DNA of 64,000 nucleotides, taken from contig CAZQAF010000003.1 of NCBI GenBank assembly GCA_964591175.1, positions 8,514-72,513 of the forward strand. Reading direction: 5' to 3'. The first letter of the stretch is position 1; every line of letters starts with the position of its first letter. This document shows positions 53,831 through 63,016 of the stretch, in pieces. This DNA comes from an uncultured Desulfobacteraceae bacterium. Lineage in GTDB: Bacteria; Desulfobacterota; Desulfobacteria; Desulfobacterales; UBA11574. The position numbers were made by a program, and so were the translations under genes. A model generated the notes under the pieces. The model was not told the origin of the DNA. It saw nothing but the letters and a program-made list of their open reading frames with translations, and did no database searches.

Positions 53831-55643
53831 CTTTGACTTCCTTTATCGATTTTTTGGGACAGACACTGATACATACCCCGCATCCACTGCACAGGACGCT
53901 ATCGATACCGACCTGTTTTTCATTTTGGTTCAAACTCAGGGCCGGGCACTCGAAATGGTCGATGCAATATCCGCAGCCGTCGCAGGTATCGGCGACTTCG
54001 ACTTTCATGGGTTCCCATCCCGGTTTTACTTCTTTCAGCCGGTCGATGAGGCAGGGACGCCGGGATATCACCACCGCCGGTCCGTTTTCCCGGCTGTATT
54101 GGATGGCGTCCTTCAACAATGCAATAAATTCATTTAAATAATAGGGATCTCCAACACGACAAAATCGAACCCCGCATCCTTTAACCAGCCCTTCGATATC
54201 CACGGGATTCAGTATTTCTCCGCATGCGCCCATTCCCATGGCCGGTGTGGGTTGATTCCCGGTCATGGCGGTGGTGTGGTTATCCAGAATCACAAGGACA
54301 AACCCCACGTTTTGGACCACCGCATCGATGAGTGCGGGAACACCGGCATGAAAAAACGTCGAGTCTCCGATGGTTGCGACAATATCCGGCCGTTTTGTTT
54401 CATGTTTATAGGCATGATAAAATCCCGCTGCCTGGCTGACGGCGGCTCCCATGCAGAGCACCGTATCCACCGCACCCAGATTTAAGCCAAGGGTATAGCA
54501 TCCGATATCGCTGGGATATATCCCCTTAGGCGCCGCCTTTTTAATGGCAAAGAAAGCGGCCCGATGGGGACAGCCCGCGCAAAGGGTCGGCCGAACACCG
54601 GGTTCTGCCGGCACATCGATGGGTTGCGTGTCGATTCCCGCAAATTCGCTGATGATTTTTTGGATGGATTCCGGCAGAAGTTCTCCCACGCCAGGCACCG
54701 AACCGGTGAGCTTTCCCTTGACGCGATGCCGATCTGCAAGCTGCATCTCGATGATGCCGGTGGTTTCTTCGATGACCAGAATATCCGAATAGGTGTCTAT
54801 CATATGAACAATAAAATCCTGGTGTAGCGGGAACGGCTGGAGCACCTGGTACATGGGAAGGATATCCCACAAGTTCAAATCCTTCAGAATTTCTTTGGCA
54901 TGAGACGCTGCCACGCCGGATACGACCAAGGCTTTTGAAGTCTTAGCCGCATCATTTAGTCGGACCGGCGCTGTCTTTTGATGCCTTGAAACAGCATCGA
55001 GTTTTTTCTCCAGGGCCCGGTGCAATTGAAAGCGGAACTTGGGCGTTGCGGCCCATCGCTCCGGATCCTTCTGAAAGCCGGCGTCCCACTTGCCCGGCAA
55101 AACATCTCCCGGTTCGATATCCTGCCTGGCATGACACACCCGGGTCGTAGGACGGAGCATCACGGGAATCTCAAAGGCCTCGGAAAGCTCGAATGCCGTT
55201 TTTACCATGTCTTTGGCCTGCCGGGGAGAATCCGGATCCAGAACCGGAACCTTTGCCATCATGGCCATGAGCCGGCTGTCCTGCTCGGTCTGTGATGAAT
55301 GGGGACCGGGGTCATCGGCGCTAATCACGACAAACCCGCCTTTCACCCCCAGATACGCGGCGCTCATCAGCGGGTCGGATGCCACATTCAATCCCACCTG
55401 TTTCATGCTCACGGCCGCGCGAAGTCCGGCTATGCTTGCCGTATAAGCGATTTCAAATGCAATCTTCTCGTTCACCGCCCACTGGATATGTCTTTGACCG
55501 GGTCCTTTTTTATCGAGAGCGGCAAATGCCCCGAGAATTTCCGACGCCGGCGTTCCCGGGTAAGATGTCGCCACGGTGCATCCGTTTTCCATCAGCCCGT
55601 TGGCGATGGCCTCATTTCCCAGCATTAACTTTCGTTTGTTCAA
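53820..55643 (-). CDS. iorA: Indolepyruvate:ferredoxin oxidoreductase alpha subunit (TPP, 2x[4Fe-4S])
   Basis: LMLGNEAIANGLMENGCTVATSYPGTPASEI, GDSTFFHAG (the TPP site), and CDGCGYCIDHFECP plus CSGCGVCISVCP. Confidence 0.9.
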   Translation of the reverse strand: MNKRKLMLGNEAIANGLMENGCTVATSYPGTPASEILGAFAALDKKGPGQRHIQWAVNEKIAFEIAYTASIAGLRAAVSMKQVGLNVASDPLMSAAYLGVKGGFVVISADDPGPHSSQTEQDSRLMAMMAKVPVLDPDSPRQAKDMVKTAFELSEAFEIPVMLRPTTRVCHARQDIEPGDVLPGKWDAGFQKDPERWAATPKFRFQLHRALEKKLDAVSRHQKTAPVRLNDAAKTSKALVVSGVAASHAKEILKDLNLWDILPMYQVLQPFPLHQDFIVHMIDTYSDILVIEETTGIIEMQLADRHRVKGKLTGSVPGVGELLPESIQKIISEFAGIDTQPIDVPAEPGVRPTLCAGCPHRAAFFAIKKAAPKGIYPSDIGCYTLGLNLGAVDTVLCMGAAVSQAAGFYHAYKHETKRPDIVATIGDSTFFHAGVPALIDAVVQNVGFVLVILDNHTTAMTGNQPTPAMGMGACGEILNPVDIEGLVKGCGVRFCRVGDPYYLNEFIALLKDAIQYSRENGPAVVISRRPCLIDRLKEVKPGWEPMKVEVADTCDGCGYCIDHFECPALSLNQNEKQVGIDSVLCSGCGVCISVCPKKSIKEVKDAG

Positions 55644-56191
55644 TGACTTTCTCCGTCATGAAAATGCGTTAAATCATATCCTTGGAAGCAAAAAAAGCCA
55701 GTGCCTTTGAAGAAGCGCCGGCTTATATTAAAAGAGCCATGAGCCTCTCCAACACTAACTGCCGAAGCTTCTCACGGCCCTGAAGTCAATACATTCCCTA
55801 TCTCAAAGATGGTGAGCAAGCTTCACGATTTTTGCCACCACCAGCACCAAAGCTTTATTTCCATGATTGTTTCTATCTCAAAAAATTTTATGTTAATGCC
55901 AACAATAAAGATATTTCCAATTATCCAAGGAATTTCAATTTGTCAAGCGCTTTCGCGATCTACCTTCTTCAATCCGATTTGTATATCCGCGTTTCGCATG
56001 TTAAAATAAAATCCGAATTCTAAATGACAAAAATGATCGAAGCCAACACTTTGAAAAGGAGATGTTTTTGTCATTTGATCATTTATAGTTTTTGTTATGG
56101 TTTCGTATGTTGTCTTTTGAATTTTTGATTCAAAATCAAGTTTTCTAATAAAGCACTAATTAGCTAAAAAGATTGACAATTAGGCAGCGAT

Positions 56192-57070
56192 ATGAAAATC
56201 GTTCCCTATCGCTCTTTATCGATCAACATCGAAGAGACACCAAGGACACCTGTACCAACGCATGAATGGCGAATAATGAAACTCCCCGAGGACAACCAGA
56301 CCTATCCATTCGCAGCTTACTCGGTTAAAGGAAACGAGATGCGTATCCGACTGCTGAGCAAGGACGTTGTCAATAAAGACACCGGGGCATCGGAAGAACG
56401 GGTCAACGCCATTGCGGATAACAAAACCGATTCGAATCTCTTTCGCGATGAGATGCGGTTCAAGAAAGTGAAAAATTTGAACTCCCGAACAGAAAAATCA
56501 CTGATTGATGCGATTCCAAAGGGAAAAACCCTTTCCCGTGACTTCTATAGTAGAAATACGGAAACGGTGGCCCTGGAGCTGCTCGGGAAACATCTGGCAC
56601 ACCGGTCTGCAAATCGTGTGCGGATCGGCCGGATTGTCGAGGTAGAGGCGTATCTTGGCCCCCATGACCCGGCCTCCCATTCCGCCCGGGGAATGACTCC
56701 GCGGACGCGTGTGATGTTCGGACCGCCCGGCTACGCCTATGTATATCTGGTCTACGGCATCCACCATTGCATGAATGTGGTGACTGAACCAAAAGGGCAT
56801 GGCGCCGCGGTACTGATTAGGGCGCTTGAGCCGGTCTATGACATAAACAGCCGTACCAGCGGGCCGGGGCTTCTCTGCCGCGCCATGGGAATCGACCGCC
56901 GGCTAAACGGCTACGACCTCTGTGGCGAAGCGCTTTTCATCACAGAAGCGAACAGAGAACCGTTTGCCGTCACGCGGCGTCCCAGGATCGGAGTTGATTA
57001 CGCAGGAGAATGGGCAAAGAAGCCGCTTCGCTTTTACATCCGTGGCAATCCGAATGTTTCCCATCCCTAA
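56192..57070 (+). CDS. mpg: DNA-3-methyladenine glycosylase (Mpg/AAG family); about 95-aa N-terminal extension, start uncertain
   Basis: The catalytic part is LSRDFYSRNTETVALELLGKHL...IVEVEAYLGPHDPASHSARGMTPRTRVMFGPPGYAYVYLVYGIHHCMNVV. There is no clear RBS at 56192. Alternative starts near 56453-56470 would give a typical protein of about 200 aa. Confidence 0.75.
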   Translation: MKIVPYRSLSINIEETPRTPVPTHEWRIMKLPEDNQTYPFAAYSVKGNEMRIRLLSKDVVNKDTGASEERVNAIADNKTDSNLFRDEMRFKKVKNLNSRTEKSLIDAIPKGKTLSRDFYSRNTETVALELLGKHLAHRSANRVRIGRIVEVEAYLGPHDPASHSARGMTPRTRVMFGPPGYAYVYLVYGIHHCMNVVTEPKGHGAAVLIRALEPVYDINSRTSGPGLLCRAMGIDRRLNGYDLCGEALFITEANREPFAVTRRPRIGVDYAGEWAKKPLRFYIRGNPNVSHP

Positions 57071-57191
57071 GTCCTGCCGCCGACTGCTACCGCTATGTAA
57101 ATGTTTTTTGAAAATGATTGCATGGACCAAATAAACACGAACGTGAACTTAATCATTTATTTCTTCAGGGAAAAAGGATAAAGGCGAATCA

Positions 57192-58631
57192 ATGACCGAC
57201 ATCAAACATATAAGAAAATGCGCTCAACCCTTGGAACCTGATTCCACTCAGCGGGAATATCTGCTAAGGCAAGTCATCGATTATGCAAACAGCTACCTGG
57301 ATAAGATATCCGAAGCGCCCGCTTATATTCCGCGGACAGACGGCGGGCGGGAACTTTGGGATTTTCCCATTACCGAAGAAGGCATTGATATCGGGCAAGC
57401 GCTCGCTTTGCTGCGACGGAACATGGATACCACGGGAATCAATCCAACTTCCGGACGATTTTTAGGATATATCCCGGGCGGCGGGCTTTATCATGCGGCA
57501 TTGGGGGACTACCTGGCAGCCGTTACAAACCGATTTGCCGGCCTGTATTTTGCCAGCCCCGGTGCGGTTCGGATTGAGAATATTGTGATCCGTTGGTTGG
57601 CCGATGCTGTCGGTTATCCGGACAAAGCCGCAGGAAACCTGACATCGGGCGGCAGTTTGGCAAACCTGAGCGCCATTGTAACCGCCCGCGATGCTTTCGG
57701 TGTTAAAGGCCGAAAAATAGACCAGTCGGTTGTGTATGTCACGGAACATGCCCATCACTGTATCGACAAGGCGTTTCATATCAGCGGCTTGAATACTTGC
57801 ATCAAACGAAACGTTCGCGTGGATGCCAATTACCGGATGGATCCAAAGGCGTTGGACCAAGCCATTGTCGCCGACAAAACATCAGGATTGTATCCATGGC
57901 TCATTGTGGCCGCCGCCGGTACGACGAATACCGGGGCCGTGGATCCGCTCGGGGACATCCGCGAAATTGCATCCGCGCATCAGCTCTGGTTCCATGTGGA
58001 CGGGGCCTATGGCGGACTATTTGCGCTGTGCCCTGAAGGAAGAAATGTTCTGCAAGGGATTCATATGTCGGATTCCATCGTCCTCGATCCGCACAAAGCC
58101 CTGTTTTTACCCTATGGCACCGGCGCGGTTCTCGTCAAAGAACGGCAGAACCTGTATGCCGCATTCAACGCGCAAGCCGATTATATTCAAAATATTATCG
58201 ATGATGTCGATGAGCTTTCCCCTGCCGATCTATCACCGGAGTTGACCAAACACTTTCGGGGATTGCGCTTGTGGCTGGCATTGAAATTGATTGGCGTTGC
58301 ACCGTTTCGGGCCGCCTTATCGGAAAAAATCCATCTCGCACGCTATTTTTATGAGAAAATAAAGGAAATTGACGGATTTGAGCCCGGTCCCTACCCAGAC
58401 TTGTCCGTGGTGACCTATCGTTATCTTCCAAAACAAGGAGATGCCGATGCGTTTAATCGGAAATTGGTGGAAGCCATCCAGCAAGATGGACGCATTTTCA
58501 TCAGTTCCACGCGCATAGACGGCAAACTGGTGCTTCGGACTGCCGTCCTGTGCTTTCGTACCCATTTAGATGACGTGAATGAAGCGTTGGATGTTTTAAA
58601 ACATTACGCCGTAAAGCTGGAAGAGAGTTGA
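57192..58631 (+). CDS. Group II PLP-dependent amino-acid decarboxylase (aromatic-L-amino-acid / tyrosine decarboxylase-like)
   Basis: SGGSLANL, HVDGAYGG and SIVLDPHKALFLPYGTG (the PLP lysine). Confidence 0.8.
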   Translation: MTDIKHIRKCAQPLEPDSTQREYLLRQVIDYANSYLDKISEAPAYIPRTDGGRELWDFPITEEGIDIGQALALLRRNMDTTGINPTSGRFLGYIPGGGLYHAALGDYLAAVTNRFAGLYFASPGAVRIENIVIRWLADAVGYPDKAAGNLTSGGSLANLSAIVTARDAFGVKGRKIDQSVVYVTEHAHHCIDKAFHISGLNTCIKRNVRVDANYRMDPKALDQAIVADKTSGLYPWLIVAAAGTTNTGAVDPLGDIREIASAHQLWFHVDGAYGGLFALCPEGRNVLQGIHMSDSIVLDPHKALFLPYGTGAVLVKERQNLYAAFNAQADYIQNIIDDVDELSPADLSPELTKHFRGLRLWLALKLIGVAPFRAALSEKIHLARYFYEKIKEIDGFEPGPYPDLSVVTYRYLPKQGDADAFNRKLVEAIQQDGRIFISSTRIDGKLVLRTAVLCFRTHLDDVNEALDVLKHYAVKLEES

Positions 58632-58693
58632 TCATAGACTTTCCTTGAACGAATCGGAAGCCATTTCGTAATTGCTCCAGTGTATGGTAGCTC

Positions 58694-59860
58694 ATGACTG
58701 AAATGCCCTCTAAAGCACAGGTCGTCATTATCGGCGCCGGCATTATCGGCGCTGCATGCGCCTATTATCTGACCCGTAAAGGAATCCGTAACGTTCTTGT
58801 TCTGGAACAGGGAGAAATCGGCGTCCAAGGCGCCACTTCCGCCTGCCTGGGTGGCCTGAGAACACAATTTTCCACCCGGGTCAACATCCGCTTTTCTTTG
58901 ATTTCCAGGGAAGTTTACAGACGATTTAAAGATGAATTCGGCATTGATCCGGGATTCGACCCTTCGGGGTATTTGTTTCTGGCAACCACTGCCGAACAGT
59001 GGAAAGCTTTTGAACATACAAAGCGGTTGATGGAAAAACTAACGCTTCCAGTTGAATTGCTCGAACCCCGTGAGACGGCGCTTCGCTGGCCTTTTATACG
59101 GGTAGATGATCTTATCGGGGGATCCTATACCGAAAACGACGGATTCTACAACCCCATGGAAATCCTCGGGGCTTTTGTCAAAAAAGCCCGTCAGGGCGGC
59201 GCTGTTTTCATGGAAAAGGTTCGTGTCTCCGACATCTTGACTTCAAAGCAACAAATCGTCGGCATCCTAACCGAAACCGGAAAATCCATTCAACCCGACA
59301 TAGTGGTCAACGCCGCCGGTCCCTGGGCCGGTCAGGTTGCGGCCATGGCCGGGCTCGAACTTCCCGTCACACCACTGAAGCGCCATCTGTTTTTTACGGC
59401 TGCTTTCGATGAAATTCCAGATGCCCTTCCCATGATCATCGACGTTGATTCCGGATGGTACCTGAAGCGTGAAGGCCGGGGCCTGATTCTGGGAGGACCC
59501 ACCGGAGAAAAATCCTTCAGCCGTCACGTGGATTTTGATGCCGGGGAATGGACGGCCAAACAATCCGTTAACCGGGTGCCGGCGCTGGAACATGCACGGA
59601 TGATTAGGGGATGGGCGGGCCACTATGAAATGACCCCGGACCACCACGCCGTCATCGGCGCATTTCCGGAACTTCGAAATTTTATCTGCGTTGCCGGTTT
59701 TTCCGGCCATGGGTTCCAGCACGCGCCGGCCGCCGGTATGGCCGTTGCCGAGCTTATTTCAGATGGCAAGGTTCAAATAGAAGATATTGGCCCTTTAAGG
59801 CCGACCCGTTTCAGGGAGAACGACCTGATCCATGAACCCATTACGGCGTTTCGGAAATAG
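58694..59860 (+). CDS. FAD-dependent oxidoreductase (DAO family: amine / sarcosine / glycine-oxidase-like)
   Basis: VVIIGAGIIGAACAYYL is the dinucleotide-binding motif. GFSGHGFQHAPAAG is near the C-terminus. Confidence 0.75.
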   Translation: MTEMPSKAQVVIIGAGIIGAACAYYLTRKGIRNVLVLEQGEIGVQGATSACLGGLRTQFSTRVNIRFSLISREVYRRFKDEFGIDPGFDPSGYLFLATTAEQWKAFEHTKRLMEKLTLPVELLEPRETALRWPFIRVDDLIGGSYTENDGFYNPMEILGAFVKKARQGGAVFMEKVRVSDILTSKQQIVGILTETGKSIQPDIVVNAAGPWAGQVAAMAGLELPVTPLKRHLFFTAAFDEIPDALPMIIDVDSGWYLKREGRGLILGGPTGEKSFSRHVDFDAGEWTAKQSVNRVPALEHARMIRGWAGHYEMTPDHHAVIGAFPELRNFICVAGFSGHGFQHAPAAGMAVAELISDGKVQIEDIGPLRPTRFRENDLIHEPITAFRK

Positions 59861-59900
59861 CCCGAATATTTCCTGAAATATTGAAGATAAAGGTATCGTC

Positions 59901-60812
59901 ATGACGGATATATCGATTATCGACATCCAAAAAACTGAAAAACGATTGAAAGACCATGTTGGGACCCTGACCCAAACCATTGGCGAGCGGAGTGTTTTTC
60001 AACCCCATAACCTGGAAAAGACAAGAGCTTACATCGAAAATTTTTACCGGCATATCGAACTTCCGGTGCGATGTGACTCTTATTCGTACGGAAATCTTAC
60101 GGTTTCGAATATCGTGGCGCAAATCGCGTTTTGCGACCGGCCGGAAAAACACTATATCGTGGGCGCCCACTATGACTCGGTCGCCGGAACCGTGGGCGCC
60201 GACGACAATGCCAGCGCCGTGGCTGTCCAGCTCGAGACCGCACGCCTTCTCACGATGCTGAAGGATCGCCATAAACTGGATCTTGCCGTGAAATTTGTCT
60301 CCTTTCCCCTTGAAGAGCCTCCCACTTTCGGCACCCGCTACATGGGCAGCAGCGTTTATGCTTACAATGCCTGGAAATCAAAGGAGCAGATCGACGGCAT
60401 GATCTGCCTGGAGATGGTCGGTTATACCTGCCATGACCCGGGATGTCAAAATTATCCGTTTCCGCTGATGTTTTTAGATTACCCCAAACAGGGGGATTTT
60501 ATCGGCATTGTGGGCAACTTTAAATCCAGTGGATTTACAAGGGCTCTATCCAAAGCGTTTTCTAAAAACCCGGATCTTCCGGTGGTTAAACTGACGGTGC
60601 CTGCGGGAGGGTATCTGCTGCCTTCCATTGGACTCAGCGACCATTCGTCATTCTGGCACAGAGGATACAAAGCGGTCATGATCACCGACACGGCCTTTTA
60701 CCGAAACCCCCATTATCACCGGGCTTCGGATACCATGGAAAAGCTGGACTATGGATTTATGGCCCAACTGGTAAAAAGTCTGCTGTTTTTCTTCCTCTCT
60801 CACCATTCGTAA
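59901..60812 (+). CDS. M28-family zinc aminopeptidase
   Basis: IVGAHYDSV, GADDNASAVAV and SDHSSFW are M28 metal-ligand motifs. Confidence 0.75.
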   Translation: MTDISIIDIQKTEKRLKDHVGTLTQTIGERSVFQPHNLEKTRAYIENFYRHIELPVRCDSYSYGNLTVSNIVAQIAFCDRPEKHYIVGAHYDSVAGTVGADDNASAVAVQLETARLLTMLKDRHKLDLAVKFVSFPLEEPPTFGTRYMGSSVYAYNAWKSKEQIDGMICLEMVGYTCHDPGCQNYPFPLMFLDYPKQGDFIGIVGNFKSSGFTRALSKAFSKNPDLPVVKLTVPAGGYLLPSIGLSDHSSFWHRGYKAVMITDTAFYRNPHYHRASDTMEKLDYGFMAQLVKSLLFFFLSHHS

Positions 60813-61024
60813 AGCATACAACTCCCGCAACATCGACAGGTATCATGGGCATGCCACGCGGTTGCTTTTTCCCGTCGGCTTTGACGATGCAACTTCCAGG
60901 GGAAAACCTCTGTTCTTTCAATCCGCAAATATGGAGATTCGAAATCAAAATAATTTTATGCTTTAAAAACCTTCCCTTAAAAAATAATATTCTGTGATTT
61001 ATTTTAAAATCAAATAAGTTCAGG

Positions 61025-61273
61025 TTATGTTTTGCATTTTTTTTTACGACTATTGGACCGGATTTGACTGCAATATTTACAAATGCGTTTTTGGGAGGGA
61101 GGAGATTTAAGGATTCTTGGTGCAGGATATCCACCATTTGGTTTATCTAAAACCCTTTGACCTCGCTTAATAGCTAACGGGATGTTGCAATAGGTATCAT
61201 CGAAATCATGATTGTCATCGGAAGGCTTTACATAATGATACACATCACTGTTAAAAAAAAACGCATATAACAT
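61025..61273 (-). CDS. Hypothetical 82-aa basic Cys-containing protein (low confidence)
   Basis: Track ORF. Its ATG (61273) lies 1 nt after the stop of the upstream small ORF. It contains YCNIP...ICKYCSQ...KKKCKT. The context is AT-rich. Confidence 0.3.
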   Translation of the reverse strand: MLYAFFFNSDVYHYVKPSDDNHDFDDTYCNIPLAIKRGQRVLDKPNGGYPAPRILKSPPSQKRICKYCSQIRSNSRKKKCKT

Positions 61274-61274
61274 A

Positions 61275-61442
61275 TTAACAAGCTTTCAGATTATTACAAA
61301 ACAGCGAGTATTGTTCATGTCTTTTGCAGAAATGTTTTACAACATCATCAATGACGTTAATAATTTTGTTATGGATAATATCGACCCCATCAACACCATC
61401 TATCCCTTCAAAAGCCACCAGAAGCCCTTTTTTAAGAATCAT
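61275..61442 (-). CDS. Unlisted 55-aa ORF with a degenerate thymidylate-kinase-like N-terminus (low confidence)
   Basis: My translation is MILKKGLLVAFEGIDGVDGVDIIHNKIINVIDDVVKHFCKRHEQYSLFCNNLKAC. LVAFEGIDG resembles the Tmk P-loop lead-in but lacks GxGK(S/T). A GAAGG RBS lies about 8 nt upstream. Confidence 0.25.
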   Translation of the reverse strand: MILKKGLLVAFEGIDGVDGVDIIHNKIINVIDDVVKHFCKRHEQYSLFCNNLKAC

Positions 61443-61859
61443 AACAAACCTTCATTTTAGATGCTATAAGACGAGATCTTAAGCAAAGTCAAGAAGCAAA
61501 TTGTGTTCTTATTATATAATCAGACAATTACAAGAGAATTTTGTTGACAAGTTTGTTGACAAATTGTTCATAACTTCATTATCATTTTGAAAATAATATT
61601 ATAATTTTTAACAAGGATTTGTTTAAAACCTATCATGAATTTTTTTTCATTGTCAATTAGCCAAATATTTTTTTCTGACATGACGGTACCAATTAGAATC
61701 AATTTTCAAAAGGAAGTTGTGTTCACCGCAAAATGCTTTTGATATTTTTTGTAATTTCCGATACCGCATTTTCCCTGGATAAGGAAAAATATCATCGAGT
61801 TTATATTCCGAAAATTTGAGGTTTGCTATTTTTTTATTCCTTTTTTTGAATTTATAAAA

Positions 61860-62852
61860 CTATACTTTCATTCTGTAAACCGTAATCGGTTCACTGACGC
61901 CCTTGACGGTCACCGGCGGCAGGATTTCGGCGTCTATCCTGCCCGATAGCCGTTGAAAGGTCCTGCCGCTGATGATAATTTCACCGCCCTTTGCCATTCC
62001 CTGAAGCCGCGCGGCAATGTTGACCGGCATGCCTACCGAAGTAAACGATTTAATTCTCCGTGAGCCTAAAATGCCTGAAAACACTTTACCCGTCGATATG
62101 CCGATGCCGATGTTCAGCCGCAATCCATTTTTTTCGGATAGGCTTTGATCGATTTGTTTTGCCTTTTCCTGCATGCGCACGGCAGCTGTGACGGCACGGA
62201 TCGCATGGTCGTCATCCTCGACCGGTGATCCGAAAACCACCATGATACTGTCTCCGATATGCTTGTCCACGACGCCGTTGTGTTCATAGGCAATTTCACC
62301 CAGCGGCGTGAAATAATCATTGTTTAAAAAAGATGCGATTCTGTCGGGCGGGACATGCTGGGACATGTGCGTAAAACCGCGGATATCGGAAAAAAGAACC
62401 GATACCTCATGGAAAGAGGGCTTCAGAATCCCTTGGGATTTTTCAATTTTATTGTAAACCTGTTCCGACACAAATTGTTTTAAGCGTTTTCGTACATTGA
62501 TGCTGCGAATCTTGGCCCTGAGTTCCACATTGTCAAAGGGTTTGGTCAAAAAACCATCAATGCCTTCGTTTGTCGCCTGAATCGCAGCTTCCATGGTCGC
62601 ATATCCGGTGAGGATAATGCGGGTGATTTCCGGGTTGAGGACGCCGATCTCCAACAGCGTTTCAAGGCCGTCCAATCCCGGCATTTTATAGTCTGAAATC
62701 ACCGTTGAAATATCTGAAATATGCTCTTTGACAAAACCGATACCGATTTCACCATTCTCTGCGGTGAAGATTTCATAGGGCTCGTGCTTTAAGGCGCGTA
62801 CTACGGAGCGTCGAATACCCTCTTCATCGTCAATAAAAAGCAGTTTGTCCAT
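61860..62852 (-). CDS. Response regulator (canonical REC) fused to a class III adenylate/guanylate cyclase domain
   Basis: The REC part has LLFIDDEEG, ISDYKMPGLDGLE, ILTGYA and FLTKPF. The cyclase part has VSVLFSDIRGFT, KHIGDSIMVVFG and GMPVNIAARL. Confidence 0.85.
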   Translation of the reverse strand: MDKLLFIDDEEGIRRSVVRALKHEPYEIFTAENGEIGIGFVKEHISDISTVISDYKMPGLDGLETLLEIGVLNPEITRIILTGYATMEAAIQATNEGIDGFLTKPFDNVELRAKIRSINVRKRLKQFVSEQVYNKIEKSQGILKPSFHEVSVLFSDIRGFTHMSQHVPPDRIASFLNNDYFTPLGEIAYEHNGVVDKHIGDSIMVVFGSPVEDDDHAIRAVTAAVRMQEKAKQIDQSLSEKNGLRLNIGIGISTGKVFSGILGSRRIKSFTSVGMPVNIAARLQGMAKGGEIIISGRTFQRLSGRIDAEILPPVTVKGVSEPITVYRMKV

Positions 62853-63000
62853 GGGCAGGCTCTTATAACAATTAAGCGTTTCATAATTCTATAATAATCT
62901 TCCGATCTTCCATTATTCCCGCCGGTGCGTAGGTTCAACGTGCCGGAGGCCAATTGCGAGTGAAGCGAACTGTGTTCGGTTTCGTTTTTGTATTTTTCCA

Positions 63001-63016
63001 ATCAAATTTCGTGCCA
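63001..63016 (-). promoter_or_regulatory. Sigma-54-like promoter upstream of the REC-cyclase gene (imperfect -12)
   Basis: The minus strand reads TGGCACGaaatTTGAT. The -24 element and spacing are perfect, but -12 is TTGA instead of TTGC. It lies about 150 nt upstream of the ATG at 62852. Confidence 0.3.

Noticed and set aside
55644-56191. Search for a sigma-54 or strong sigma-70 promoter for the iorA operon in the 548-nt AT-rich intergenic region. Small ORFs 55809-56009 and 55832-56023 and an 8-codon ORF after AAGGAG (~56067) were also considered.
   Set aside because: No GG-N10-GC element with correct spacing was found on the minus strand. The small ORFs are AT-rich translations without motifs. 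Only the inverted repeats and the shared 18-mer are reported.
61640-61760. 38-aa minus-strand ORF (MRYRKLQKISKAFCGEHNFLLKIDSNWYRHVRKKYLAN) downstream of the cyclase gene.
   Set aside because: It is very short, has no convincing RBS or recognisable motif, and lies in AT-rich sequence where such ORFs arise by chance.
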